Shown piece by piece: positions 20,341 through 31,557 of a DNA stretch of 64,000 bases; positions within the stretch are counted from its first letter, which is position 1, and each line of letters opens with the position of its first letter. Origin of the DNA: a virus; the IMG/VR virus record IMGVR_UViG_3300002026_000069, positions 1 through 64,000 of that record. One strand, written 5' to 3'. The notes beneath the pieces are model-generated. The model saw only the letters and a list, made by a program, of their open reading frames with translations, was not told the origin of the DNA and did no database searches. Position numbers and translations under genes: made by a program.

Positions 20341-21315
20341 GTGTCTAAAATCCTCACATCAGCCGTACACCCCCTGGCCTTGCGCTCAGCCCTATCTTCG
20401 ATTTTAGCTACCGTAGAAACGCCGCGTGGGCCTACGGCGAAGGTACTACGACCCCTCATTCGTGAAGTGGCGATTGCTGGTCATGGGTGGGCTAGATCAT
20501 TCCTTGGAGGGATAACTAAAACAGCATTTAAAATTGGATCTTATGATGTAGAGGAAGATTTAGATAAGATGTTGGATACATTAAAGGCTACCACGAAGGA
20601 ACGTAGTTATGTTAAAACTACACTCCCTCACGGTGGGCCAAGAATCATACATGGTCATAACAGAACAGTTGCCCGTACAGCAACGATGAACATCTACTGC
20701 AAATCATCGTTGAAAGAATACAAAGAAGATGGGTTGACACATGTTAGGAGAATGGAAGTTCATGATGATCGTACATCGCCCATCTGTCGTGTTCTAAACG
20801 GTACGATTCATCGTATCGACAAATTGTTGTCTTACGAACTTCCACAAAGTCACGATAGCCATCCAAACTGTCGCGGGACCTTCGTACCGTTTTTTGACGT
20901 TGGAGGCTACAAACCAATACATCGTGACATAGCCACTAAGATCAATTTTCTCAAATACGAAAACGCACCAAGGGAATTCGAACCTTGGCTTCGTGGAATT
21001 AACAAGCATATTACTTTTAATAAAGTTGTTTTTACTCCCAAAGTTCAAGGCGCAAAGGTTGAGGGGAATTTACTGTTTCTTAATTTAATAGACGAAACTG
21101 ATCCCCGCGATGTTATCCTTGAAGAGGAAGCAAAAAAGGTTTTTGATCCAAAGAAATTTAAAGAACTTGAGACTATGACTGAAGCTGGATTAATTCATCC
21201 AGAGAAAACTCACGAGACTCCTCTTGAACATTTCAGTCATTTATTCGTAGCTTATAAGTTAAACCAACTAGAAGATCCTGTGATCTATAGATGGTTCAAA
21301 AATAACAAGTTATAG
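20341..21315 (+). CDS. MuF / SPP1 gp7-like head morphogenesis protein
   Basis: VART; D.RTSPICRVLNG; HPNCRG. Confidence 0.8.
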   Translation: MSKILTSAVHPLALRSALSSILATVETPRGPTAKVLRPLIREVAIAGHGWARSFLGGITKTAFKIGSYDVEEDLDKMLDTLKATTKERSYVKTTLPHGGPRIIHGHNRTVARTATMNIYCKSSLKEYKEDGLTHVRRMEVHDDRTSPICRVLNGTIHRIDKLLSYELPQSHDSHPNCRGTFVPFFDVGGYKPIHRDIATKINFLKYENAPREFEPWLRGINKHITFNKVVFTPKVQGAKVEGNLLFLNLIDETDPRDVILEEEAKKVFDPKKFKELETMTEAGLIHPEKTHETPLEHFSHLFVAYKLNQLEDPVIYRWFKNNKL

Positions 21316-21331
21316 TCTTTTCTCTCGCAGC

Positions 21332-21388
21332 TTATTTCTTAGAAATAGCAGCGATAAGAGAGAAGATAGCTACGAAAACACCACTCAT
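21332..21388 (-). CDS. Putative 18-aa hydrophobic peptide MSGVFVAIFSLIAAISKK
   Basis: AAAGGA SD 6 nt before ATG; class E-like motif at 21458-21466. Confidence 0.35.
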   Translation of the reverse strand: MSGVFVAIFSLIAAISKK

Positions 21389-21673
21389 GTGGTTTCCTTT
21401 TGCGAAGTGATAGTAACAATAATATATGTTACTGAATTTAAAATTCTATATCTATTTATTATATCATAAAATTAATCTTTAAAATTCAAAAAACATATGC
21501 GAAGAGTCCTGAGAAAAAACCCCTCACCCTCACCGCCAAAAACACACAGCCCTCCCAACTTCCCCCAACCTCGCACGCGATAAGAGACTTTTTAACTTTT
21601 TTACAGATAGATAGATTATTATTATTATTATTACATATGTATTGTAGTATTGTATTCGGAAGGGTATATTGAC

Positions 21674-21894
21674 GTAAATACGTATCTAATACTAGACTTA
21701 TGGATTGTGAGAATTTGTGAATCGATGTAAATACGTATCTAATACTAGAGTTACAGATTATTTTACCTTACTTAGAAAAGTCCAAAAACACCCAAAAGTT
21801 GTAAATACGTATATAATACTAGGCTTATGGCTTTTGAGAAATAGGGTCAAAACACAGGTTTATTGTCTTAAATACGTATCTACTACAAGACTTA
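21674..21894. repeat. Four ~27-bp imperfect direct repeats (iteron-like)
   Basis: gTAAATACGTATcTAaTACtAGacTTA at 21674, 21727, 21801, 21868. Confidence 0.85.
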
Positions 21895-22018
21895 CATGAC
21901 AAAAAGGCTATACGATACCCTGGAAGTCAAACCTACCTTTTTTCACAGGATATTGTGTGACACACTGACCTATTTCGTAAGTAAATATTTCATTACATAA
22001 CAAAAAATTTACTTCCCG

Positions 22019-22045
22019 TTGAAATGCCTAGAAAAAGAATATAAT
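22019..22045 (+). promoter_or_regulatory. Class L-like promoter of RNAP, leaderless
   Basis: TTGAAA-15-TATAAT, ATG at 22052 is 6 nt downstream. Confidence 0.55.
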
Positions 22046-22051
22046 GTCCGT

Positions 22052-25000
22052 ATGCAAGAACCGTCAGTGATGTACGCTGAGTTGAAAAAGAAGATAATTG
22101 ATTCAATTCAGGCTATCTTTCCTGTTGAAGGCAAGAAAAACGTAATCTCAATTGGAGATATAGTAGTTAATGATGTAGATCCAGGAAATTATAGAGAACA
22201 GATGGATCTTAAGGCTAAGGGTGGAACTTTAGCTTCTCCTATTAATGCAACTGTAACTTTGAAAGATAAAGTTACAAATAAAGTAATTAATCAAGCCAAG
22301 ATGAAAGTTGGATCAGTTCCCCGTGTAACTGATCGTGGATCATACATTGTTGATGGAAATGAATATCAAGTTCCACATCAGCTTTTACTTCGTCCAGGCA
22401 TCTTCCATCGCGTTAAGGAAAATGGAGAGCTAGAAGCCTTCATTAACGTTAAGGGATTCCAGGCTAAAATTCTTTTTGATCCTGAGAAGTCTGTTTTCTT
22501 ACTTAGCTATGGAACAAATAACATTCAGCTACTTCCGTTACTCGTTGGCTTAGGAGTAACTGAAGATCAATTCGTTAAGGCATGGGGTAAGGAAACCTAT
22601 GACTTAATGAAAAAGAATTCGAAGTCTGATCCAGAATCAGAATTAGCCAAGCTAAATAAAGCATCTAACGGTCGCGCAACAACAGATGCGATGGCTGTAA
22701 ATATGTGGCTCAAGTCTTGGAAACTTGATGATAGGGTCACGAAGAAGACCCTACAGGGTCAGACTGACATATCTCCTACAACATTATTAGCCAGTTCGGC
22801 TAAACTTCTTGAGATTAACAGAGGTCATAGCGAACAAGACGAACGTGACTCATTAGAGTTTAAGTCGATTCATAGCGTTGATGATTTCATTAAGAATCGT
22901 TTCGTTCAGAATGCAAATAAGATCAAGGGTAAGATTAAGACGAATCTCGACATTCGTGAGAATGTGAAGCAGATTGTTTCTTCTGGATTACTGAGTGATC
23001 CTGTTCATAGTTTCTTCGTAGAATCATCTTTATCCAACACCACTGAACAAACCAATCACCTAAACATGTTAGGTGAGACTAATAAGGTTATTATCACTGG
23101 TGAAGGTGGCATTGAGAATGATCATGCAATTACTGACCAAGCCCGCATGGCCCATCCTTCTCAGCTTGGTTTTATTGACCCTGTTCATACTCCTGAGAAG
23201 CTTGTCGGTGTAGCTCAGCATCTTTCTGTTTTAGCTCATAAAGAGAATAACGATCTCTATTCGTATGTGTACGATACGAAGTCTAAAGCAACAAAGAGAG
23301 TTAGAGTTGATGATATCTCTAACGCAACTGTAAGTTTCGCTGATCAGTTTGATAAGAATTACAAGCCTAAGACAGATCAGGTATCTGCATCTGTTAAGGG
23401 TAAGTTTGGAATGATCGACTCTAATAAAGTCGATTTCATTCTTATCTCTGATAAGACAATGTTTGACTTTGCTACGAATCTCAGTCCATTCTTGCCTTCT
23501 AACTCTGGAAACAGGGCAGCATTCGCTGGTAAGCAACTTGAGCAGGCTGTTATTCTCAAGCATCGTGAAGCTCCACTTGTTCAGACTGAAATGAAGGATG
23601 GAGTTACATTTGAACAGAATCTCGGTAAGAGCTTTGCTTTAACTTCAAGAGAAGATGGAATCGTAACTAAGGTTACGAAAGACTCTATCTTCATTGGTAA
23701 AGATGAACACTTCTTCTACGATCACTTTCCTTTAAGATCAAAGCAATATCTTCACCATACACCTGTCGTAAAGGTTGGAGATAAAGTTAAGAAGGGTCAA
23801 GTAATTGCTGAATCAAACAGCAATAAAGATGGCGCTCTTGCTTTAGGAACTAACTTAAATACTGCATATGTTTCATATAAGGGTTACACCTTTGAAGATG
23901 GTGTGACGATTACAGAGCATGCCTCTCATAGACTAACTTCTGAGCATATGTATAAAGAAGAGATGGATATTGATGCTAATTCCATTCTCGATAAGAAACG
24001 CTTCTTGGCTATCTATCCAAATAAGTTCACTGCAAAGCAGATGGAAAAGATTGGATCGGATGGAATTGTTAAAGAAGGACAGATTCTAGAAGTTGGCGAT
24101 CCGATTTGTGTACATCTTCACAAGGAAGATTATACGAAGGAAGATGTTATACTTGCAGCTTTCAGAAAATCTTCAATAAAGCCTTTCAAGGATCGTTCGC
24201 ATATCTGGTCTGAAGAAGACAAGGGTAAAGTTCTTCGTGTCTATAAGAAGGCTAAATCCATAGAGGTTCAGATTCTTACTGAAGAACCTATGAAGGTAGG
24301 AGATAAGCTTGCTGGTCGCCATGGAAATAAGGGAATTGTCGTTAAGATTATTCCTGACAATGAGGCTCTTCATACTGAAGAGGGTAAGCGCATTGATGTT
24401 TATCTCGACCCTCACGGCATTCCAGGTCGTATTAATCCTTCACAGAATCTTGAACTAGCCGCTTCGAAGATTGCTGAGCATGAAGGTAAGCCATTCGTTG
24501 TAGATAACTTCTCTGGAAGAAACTTCCTACATGAGATTGATGATAAGCTTGATAAGCTAAAGATTAAAGATAAAGAATATCTCATTGATCCAGTAAACGG
24601 AAATAAACTAGATGCCCCAGTTCAAACTGGTAAGCAGTTCATCTTAAAGCTTGATCACTCAGTTCGTAAGAAGTTCTCTGCTCGCGCACAGGATGGCTAT
24701 TCATCTGACTTAACTCCATTACAAGGTGGTGGAGTTGGTGGACAGTCGATTGATAAGCTTACTCTTTATAGTTTGTTAGCTCATGGAGCTAATCATAATC
24801 TCAAGGAGATGACGACATATAAAAGTGAAAAAAGTGATGACTTCTGGAATGCATATCAATCTGGCTTACCGCTTCCTCCACCTAAAGTTCCATTTGTATT
24901 TGAAAAGTTTAGAGCAATGCTTGCGGCTTCTGGAGTGAATCTTCAGAAGAATGGTTCTAATATAGATTTAATTCCTGTTACAGAGCGACATGTAAAAGAG

Positions 25001-28000
25001 ATGTCGCATGGAGCTATCAACTCTCCATACTTAGTAAGAGCTAAAGATCTAGCCCCTGAAAAAGGCGGATTATTTGATACACCAAATCCTGACGCATGGA
25101 TGCATATTGAGCTTAATGAGCCAATGCCTATGCCGATGTATGAAGAAGCGATTCTTGCTCTGACTGGTCTGCGTAAAGCTGATCTTGATGCCATACTAAG
25201 TCATCAGAAGTTTGTTCTTGCTAACGGAGAGATATCTGAGGATGAAACAAAAGGAATCTCTGGAGGCAAGGGACTTAAGAGAATTCTTGATTCACTAGAT
25301 CTTGATGTAGAAAGAATTAAGCTTACGGCTCTAGCTAAGAAGGCTGAAGGTTCTGAGCTTGATAAGATCAATCGTAAACTTAAGTATATTATAAATCTCA
25401 AGAAGAATGATCTAAAGTTGTCAGACTACATGACAACGAAGATTCCTGTTATTCCAACAAAGTTTAGAACCATTATCGAACAGAAGAATGGCTCAATCAT
25501 CACACCAGATGTGAACCAGCTTTATGCTGATATCATCAAGGTGAATAACCAACTTGGTAATATCGGACATCTTCCTGATTCAGAGAAGGCAAACCTACGC
25601 AAAGATCTCTATCAGGGCATGAAGGCTCTGGTTGGAACTGGCGATGCATTAACTAAAAAGGGAAGCCGTGATTGGAAAGGATTCGTTAAACAGATTGCCG
25701 GATCAAGTCCTAAATTTGGATTCTACCAACACAAGGTTATTTCTAAGCGCCAGGATTTTACCGGACGTTCGACTATTATTCCCGAACCAGAATACGGACT
25801 TGATGAAGTCGGAATTCCATTCGACATGGCATGGGAGATTTATCGTCCCCACGTTATTAAAGCCCTTGTTCGTCTCGGTTACAAGCCCATTGATGCGCGT
25901 AACGCAGTAGAAGAGAGAACTGAGATAGCCAAGCGTGCATTAGAGAATGAAGTCAAGGAACGTCCAGCGATTATCAATCGTTCGCCATCGCTACATAAGT
26001 TTAGCGTTATGGCTTTCCAACCGAAGTTAATCGAAGGCAAGGCTATTAAGATTAATCCTCTCGTTGTTGGCGGATTCAACGCTGACTTCGATGGCGATAC
26101 AATGTCTGTACATGTTCCTGTGTCAGAAGAAGCTCGTAAAGAAGCTTTCTTGATGATGCCTTCGAATAACTTGTTTAATCCACAAAGCAATTCTCTGGAA
26201 CATAAGCCATCCAAAGAACAAGTCAGCGGGCTTTACATGCTGACGCTACCACCTGTGTCAGTAACACCTAAGAAGGTTTACAACAACATCTCTGAGCTAA
26301 AATCTGACTATAAAGCTCTTAAAGTTAGTGTCAGAGATGTTGTTGTTGTAAATAAAGTTGTTAATACTGTTGGCCGTCATCTAGCTAATGATTCATTGCC
26401 AGCTAAGTATCAATCTAAAGATATTGTATTAGATAAGAAGGGGCTATCTACATTATTAGATAAAATAGCTCATGATGATCCAAAAGATTACGGCCCAATC
26501 GTTTCAAGACTCAAGGATCTTGGAAACGCAGCTTCTTACTCTTCTGGAGTGAGCTTTGGCATTAAAGATCTTCGCTTAGCCAATCCGAATATCATCAAGA
26601 ATGAGTTCCTTCGTATGGAGAAGGAACTTATCAAGGCTAAAGATCCTGTTAAGTGGGTTCAGGACTTCGCAGCTAAGGATATGAAAGATTCTATTATCCT
26701 TAAAGAGGTTCACAAGGATCTTAAGGATAAAGATTCTGGACTCTATCATCTCGTTCAATCTTCTCTATCAGGCAAGAAGAACCAAGTCGAACAGATGCTT
26801 GCTGGTCCAATGTTCGTTACTGACCACAATGGCGAACCAGTTCCAGTTCTTATCAAGAACTCATACGCTGACGGATTATCTGCTTCAGAATACTGGACAA
26901 CGATGGCTGGTGTTCGTAAGGGCATGATGGATCGTGCGCTTGAAACCATGGACACTGGTGCTTTCTCTAAGGAAGTTATTAACTCTGGATTATATGGAAA
27001 GATAACAGAGAAGGATTGTGGAACAGACGAAGGTATCTCTGTATCAATTAAAGATAAAGCCGTTCATTATCTTGATCGCTTTACAGCTAAGGGAAATGCT
27101 GGAATTAAAGTAAATACCTTAGTTACTAAAGAATTACTAAAAACATTTAAAGGTGAATTCATTAGAGTTCGTTCGCCTCTAACATGCAAGGCCAGAACAC
27201 AGCCATGTGCTATGTGCTTTGGATTAAAAGAGAACGGCAAGCTTCCTGATGTTGGTGACAATATTGGTGTAACCGCCGCTCAATCACTTGCTGAGCCTTC
27301 CGTTCAGCTTGGTATGAGAACTTTCCACTCTGGCGGTGCAGTTGGAGCGCAAAGCATCTCTGGATTCGATAGAGCTAAGCAGCTTGTTGAATTACCAAAG
27401 ATTGTTCACGACAAAGCTGCATTAGCTGAAAGCTCTGGAACAGTATCGAAAGTCTCAGAAGCTCCACAGGGAGGCCATTACATCTCTGTTGGAGGAAATG
27501 TTCAGTTCTCTATGATGAAACCAATCGTCAAAGAAGGCGATAAGGTAAAGAGAGGCGATGCTCTTTCATTAGGAAACATCAAGCCTCAAGTTCATTAGGA
27601 AACATCAAGCCTCAAGAACTTGCTGAACTCAAGGGAACGCTTGATGCGAAGCAGTATATCGTTAATGAAGTTGTTAAGCTCTACGAAGATGCTGGAAGAA
27701 CTATTCGCCGTCCATTAGTAGAGACTGCCATTGGTCAGGTGATTCGTTACGCTCAAGTCGTTGATCCAGGTGATAGCGAAACAACCATTGGTGATTACTT
27801 ACCAGTGAATGAGATTGAGTTTAGGAACAGAACTCTTAAGAAGAAGATCACTTACAAGGAAATGGTGAAGGGAATCACTTACAAGGAAATGGTGAAGGGA
27901 ATTGGCCTTGCACCATTCATGCATAATGACTTCCTTGCTCGCTTGAACTTTGAGAGAATTCCCGAAGTCATTCAGAGGGGCGCTGCACAAGGATGGAAGT

Positions 28001-28128
28001 CCGAACTTTCAGGAACGCATCCTATACCTGGATATGCATTTGGAGCAGAATTTAATCAATTACCTACGGCTGGAGCTAAACTTCCAGAGAAGAAGGTAGA
28101 AATGCCAATTCTATTCAAGAAGAAATAA
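22052..28128 (+). CDS. rpoBC: Single-chain fused beta-beta' DNA-directed RNA polymerase (~2010 aa; frame broken at 27565-27616 by a 26-bp duplication)
   Basis: Beta: GSYIVDGNE, HPSQLGFIDPVHTPE, GYTFED, GDKLAGRHGNKG, PHGIPGRIN, KLDH..KKFSAR. Beta': KRQDFTGRSTI, NRSPSLH, catalytic NADFDGD, DCGT, RSPLTC..CAMCFG, AAQSLAEPSVQLGMRTFH. Deleting one repeat copy joins 22052 to 28128 in frame. Confidence 0.95.
27565..27616 (+). repeat. Exact 26-bp tandem duplication, frameshifting
   Basis: TTCATTAGGAAACATCAAGCCTCAAG x2. Confidence 0.95.
27847..27900 (+). repeat. Exact 27-bp tandem duplication, in frame
   Basis: ATCACTTACAAGGAAATGGTGAAGGGA x2 (ITYKEMVKG x2). Confidence 0.95.
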
Positions 28129-28130
28129 TA

Positions 28131-28916
28131 ATGATAGATAAGATAGCTGATGCCATCTCTCAGCTTCGTCGCATGGCGATGAAGAAGAATCGTGGATTGT
28201 TTCCAAATTTAGGACATCAAGCTAGAACCGATGCGGTTAGAGAATCTATATATAAAAACAATAATCATTTAGTATCTGAATATCCTGTAGGCACTAAACA
28301 GAAACCTGGGACTGTTTTTAGAGGGGAAAGCGAGAAAGGAAGGGGACTTTCCTATACGATGAATAGAGATAGAGGGGTTAAGTTCCAAGAGACAAAAAAG
28401 AGATTTTGGACAACTGATCCACACTTCGCTATAGCTTATGGAGATAATGGTCCTAAGTCTAGAGTTTTAGTTGGAAAAGTTCCTCTTAATAAAAGAGTTT
28501 ATCCAAAAGAATCAGCAGACCCTAAAGTTCAAAGAATAACAGATGGACGCAAGGTTGTTAATAAATTCATAGAAGATGCAAAAGGCGATAAATCGAGAGC
28601 ATTAAAGATGCTTGATAAAAGCGAAGCATCTAGACAATATAGAGATGCGGAACGAACAGTTTCTTCTTTAGAAGAAGCTAAAGGTGGAGTTACAGCTAAG
28701 AGACTCCAAGATTGGAAGAATAAACACTTAAATAATTCAAGTTTTGCAACTGATCTATCTCAGCCTACAGAATTAACAAGATTAAAGAATGCTAAAAGTG
28801 AAGTAGCAAAAAAGCACATTTTATCAGACGATAGAAAAATGTGGAGAACTAATTCTGGAAATACGATAGGCACTCAAGGTCTTCGTAAGACAGATATGTT
28901 TAGACCATCTAATTAA
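28131..28916 (+). CDS. Basic protein with ADP-ribosyltransferase-like motifs; putative virion cargo
   Basis: MIDKIA leader; TVFRGE...FWTTDPHFAIAYG...VLVGKV. Confidence 0.45.
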   Translation: MIDKIADAISQLRRMAMKKNRGLFPNLGHQARTDAVRESIYKNNNHLVSEYPVGTKQKPGTVFRGESEKGRGLSYTMNRDRGVKFQETKKRFWTTDPHFAIAYGDNGPKSRVLVGKVPLNKRVYPKESADPKVQRITDGRKVVNKFIEDAKGDKSRALKMLDKSEASRQYRDAERTVSSLEEAKGGVTAKRLQDWKNKHLNNSSFATDLSQPTELTRLKNAKSEVAKKHILSDDRKMWRTNSGNTIGTQGLRKTDMFRPSN

Positions 28917-28947
28917 TTAATATATAACATATGATATATTTAAACAA

Positions 28948-30021
28948 ATGAGTGATAATCAAGATTTACTTAATCTTCTAAACGAAGCAATCAAGAAAAA
29001 GCTCTTATCTATAAAAGATAAAGACAATCTCATTTCATCGATCAACGCTGGCGTAGAAAAGAAATCTGAATATATTAATCACATGGAATCAACTTCAGAT
29101 CAGTTGAAGAAGCCAATGTCATTCGCTAAGAAGACACTTCTTAGTGCAGGCGGCTTAGCTGTTCTGTCTGGATTGGTTAAACCTGGAACATTAGCCAAGA
29201 ACCTCATGGTTAATAGAGCGCATGTAACTGCTCTTAAGAATGCTAAAGAAAAGATTGTAAATCACTATGATGATTTAATTTCCGCTGTTCAAGCTTCCGC
29301 AAAGGCTAAAGATAAAGCATTGGATAAGGCTTGGATTCTTAGGAATAAACGTAAACTATGGAATGAAACTGAACACGGAATAAAGCAGATAAAACTTCAA
29401 TCCGATACGGTTCAGGATATTATTAGAGCAGAGAATGATATCTCTAAGAATAGAGATAAGCTAATTGCTGAATTACCTTGGGCAACTAGAAATCTAGATA
29501 AGTTAGATGTTATATTACCTACTTTAGGTGCTATGTCTGTAGCTGGAACTCTTATGACTAAAAAAGCAGAGAAAGAACTTCCTTTCCAAGCTACAAAAGA
29601 ATCACAAGAGCTTCCAAAAGTCCTCATTAGACCAGATCTGGTTAAAGAGCCTACGTATTATACGAGAGGCTTTCAATCAGGTCCTATCATAGAGAATGCA
29701 AATAAAATGGATAAAATCGCATCCCTGGAAAAGATTGCTGAAGCAGTTAATTCTCTCTTCCCTAAAGTTCCAACTGATCCAAGAGACATTCAGTTAGAGC
29801 AGCAAGAGAAAGTCCTTTCTAAACAAGAGAAGGGCATTATTAAGCGTGATGAAATGCTCGCTCAGCATGAGCAGGCTCATGAAGAGAAAGACATGAAGCT
29901 TAAAGAGCTTCAGAAGGCCATCAAGCAAGTTAACGGACAAGCCCAGGCTTACAGAGCTAAGGCTATTGAACATTTTACGAATTCACTAGATGCTGAAGTA
30001 GCTGGAACTCCTGGTAGATAA
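28948..30021 (+). CDS. Putative head-internal protein with hydrophobic segments and coiled coil
   Basis: DKIASLEKIA, TKKA; two Gly/Ala hydrophobic stretches. Confidence 0.5.
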   Translation: MSDNQDLLNLLNEAIKKKLLSIKDKDNLISSINAGVEKKSEYINHMESTSDQLKKPMSFAKKTLLSAGGLAVLSGLVKPGTLAKNLMVNRAHVTALKNAKEKIVNHYDDLISAVQASAKAKDKALDKAWILRNKRKLWNETEHGIKQIKLQSDTVQDIIRAENDISKNRDKLIAELPWATRNLDKLDVILPTLGAMSVAGTLMTKKAEKELPFQATKESQELPKVLIRPDLVKEPTYYTRGFQSGPIIENANKMDKIASLEKIAEAVNSLFPKVPTDPRDIQLEQQEKVLSKQEKGIIKRDEMLAQHEQAHEEKDMKLKELQKAIKQVNGQAQAYRAKAIEHFTNSLDAEVAGTPGR

Positions 30022-30022
30022 A

Positions 30023-31330
30023 ATGCTATTCCAGTCAGAAGCTCAACGTCGTTATCTTTGGGCTAAGCATCCGAAGATTGCTCAGAAGTGGGCCGACGAG
30101 GAAAAGATTTCTCGTCGTAAGAGAAAAATTAATCCAGATCTTGCTCTTGGTTCAGGCCAAAGTCGTTTTACTACATATGATCCTCTTGTAGATAAGGTAC
30201 TTTCAAAAGTAGCTGAGTTACGCGTAGAACGTGGACTTCTTTCAAATACCGTTAAGGTAGATGGTCAGGATTATAAAGTTAATGAAGGCTATTTAAAGCC
30301 AGCCTTAGTCGGTGCTGGTGCAGCCGCTTTAGTCCATGGATTAATTGGCATATTTCAGCATGGAGCGAATAGAAAGGTTCTCTTTGATTCATTCAAGTCA
30401 GGAATACCTGGAGCCATTGCTGGATTAGCTTTAACTGAGGCTAAGAGAAGATCAATCGAAGGCATACTTAATTCAGATCCAACATCAGCTAGATCGTTAG
30501 CTAAAAAAGGATTTGACATAAAGCCTCGTACTACGAGTGAGTTTGGAAAGATTCAAAGAGATTTATCCACACATCTTCCAGGTGTTGTTAGAGATTCTTT
30601 CCATGTAACTGGAATTGAATCGTTAGCGGAAGAAGGTTTAAAGGTATCGTCTTTGGATGAATCCAAGATGATAGCCAATTTGGATGATGTTGAAGACAAG
30701 GCGCATCACATGCATCTTGTCTATGAGGGATCGACTTTAGCTGCGGTATTAGCTGATTCTTCAAAACCTGAAAAATTCAAACAGATAATGTCTGAAGTAT
30801 CGAATCCAAGCACTGTATATCTAGTTGCTCCAGCTTCATATAAAGAAGGTACTAAATTATTTACATTCGATGAATGGAACAAGAGATTTCCAGAGGATGT
30901 AAAGAAGTACAGCCAAAAAATGATTGATGCTGTAAAACAACATGGAGTTGTTTTAGTAGCGCCATCAGATGTAAATAAAGCTGCAATTCTCAGAGAATTA
31001 TCTAGATCAAGAGATTCAAAGCTGAAGTTCATAGAAGAACTTCCAAATAATAGGGCTTTTAAAGCTTTAAGTAAAGCGAATATTATTTATTCTCTAGCTG
31101 CAAGATCGGATGATCGTGTTGCTGATGCTTCTGCTGGCGCTCAGTTTGCAATGTATATTCCTAGAGTTCTTAGTGATATTAAAGCTACTGTAGGAGCCAA
31201 TAAACTAAGTAAGGGAACATTGTTTAAGAATATTGCATTCACATCAACTAGAGCTATTCCAGGCTTACTCCCTGCTGCTGGAAGAGCGTTTAGAAAATAT
31301 CAAGACAAGCCATTATCTAAAAAAGAATAG
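30023..31330 (+). CDS. Putative head-internal protein
   Basis: N-terminal FQSEAQRRYLWAKHPKIAQKW motif, which I recognise from small phage proteins; SKVA; glycine-zipper segment. Confidence 0.5.
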   Translation: MLFQSEAQRRYLWAKHPKIAQKWADEEKISRRKRKINPDLALGSGQSRFTTYDPLVDKVLSKVAELRVERGLLSNTVKVDGQDYKVNEGYLKPALVGAGAAALVHGLIGIFQHGANRKVLFDSFKSGIPGAIAGLALTEAKRRSIEGILNSDPTSARSLAKKGFDIKPRTTSEFGKIQRDLSTHLPGVVRDSFHVTGIESLAEEGLKVSSLDESKMIANLDDVEDKAHHMHLVYEGSTLAAVLADSSKPEKFKQIMSEVSNPSTVYLVAPASYKEGTKLFTFDEWNKRFPEDVKKYSQKMIDAVKQHGVVLVAPSDVNKAAILRELSRSRDSKLKFIEELPNNRAFKALSKANIIYSLAARSDDRVADASAGAQFAMYIPRVLSDIKATVGANKLSKGTLFKNIAFTSTRAIPGLLPAAGRAFRKYQDKPLSKKE

Positions 31331-31331
31331 C

Positions 31332-31367
31332 CATATGGAGTTGTTAACTCCATATGGTTTTTCTTTT
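31332..31367 (+). terminator. Terminator between convergent genes
   Basis: CCATATGGAGTT/AACTCCATATGG plus T tract. Confidence 0.8.
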
Positions 31368-31557
31368 ATTTTTTGTCACTAGGAGACTGTGGCGGCAACA
31401 CAGCCTTCTTCTCCCCAAAGCAGTTAGCCACAATAGTTGTAAGCACGAAACCGCATGCGAATGTGACTATTGCCACATCGGCTATGCCAGATTTTTCACC
31501 TGATGCTTTTACTTTGATGGACTCTTCAAGGAGTTCTTGAAAGTTGATTTGCGACAT
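31366..31557 (-). CDS. Small single-TM protein
   Basis: GGAG SD; IADVAIVTFACGFVLTTIVANCF. Confidence 0.6.
   Translation of the reverse strand: MSQINFQELLEESIKVKASGEKSGIADVAIVTFACGFVLTTIVANCFGEKKAVLPPQSPSDKK

Noticed and set aside
21674-21894. CRISPR mini-array
   Set aside because: Repeats are degenerate, gaps vary (26, 47, 40 bp) and no cas genes are seen; iteron-like fits better
21717-21899. 60-aa ORF in the repeat region
   Set aside because: Translation of the repeats; no SD
27599-27738. Intron or naturally split RNAP subunit
   Set aside because: The gap encodes the expected beta' continuation (QYIVNEVVKLY...) once the 26-bp duplicate is removed
22052-28128. Host chromosomal rpoB-rpoC locus
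   Set aside because: No ribosomal protein neighbours; reduced, divergent and surrounded by phage morphogenesis genes
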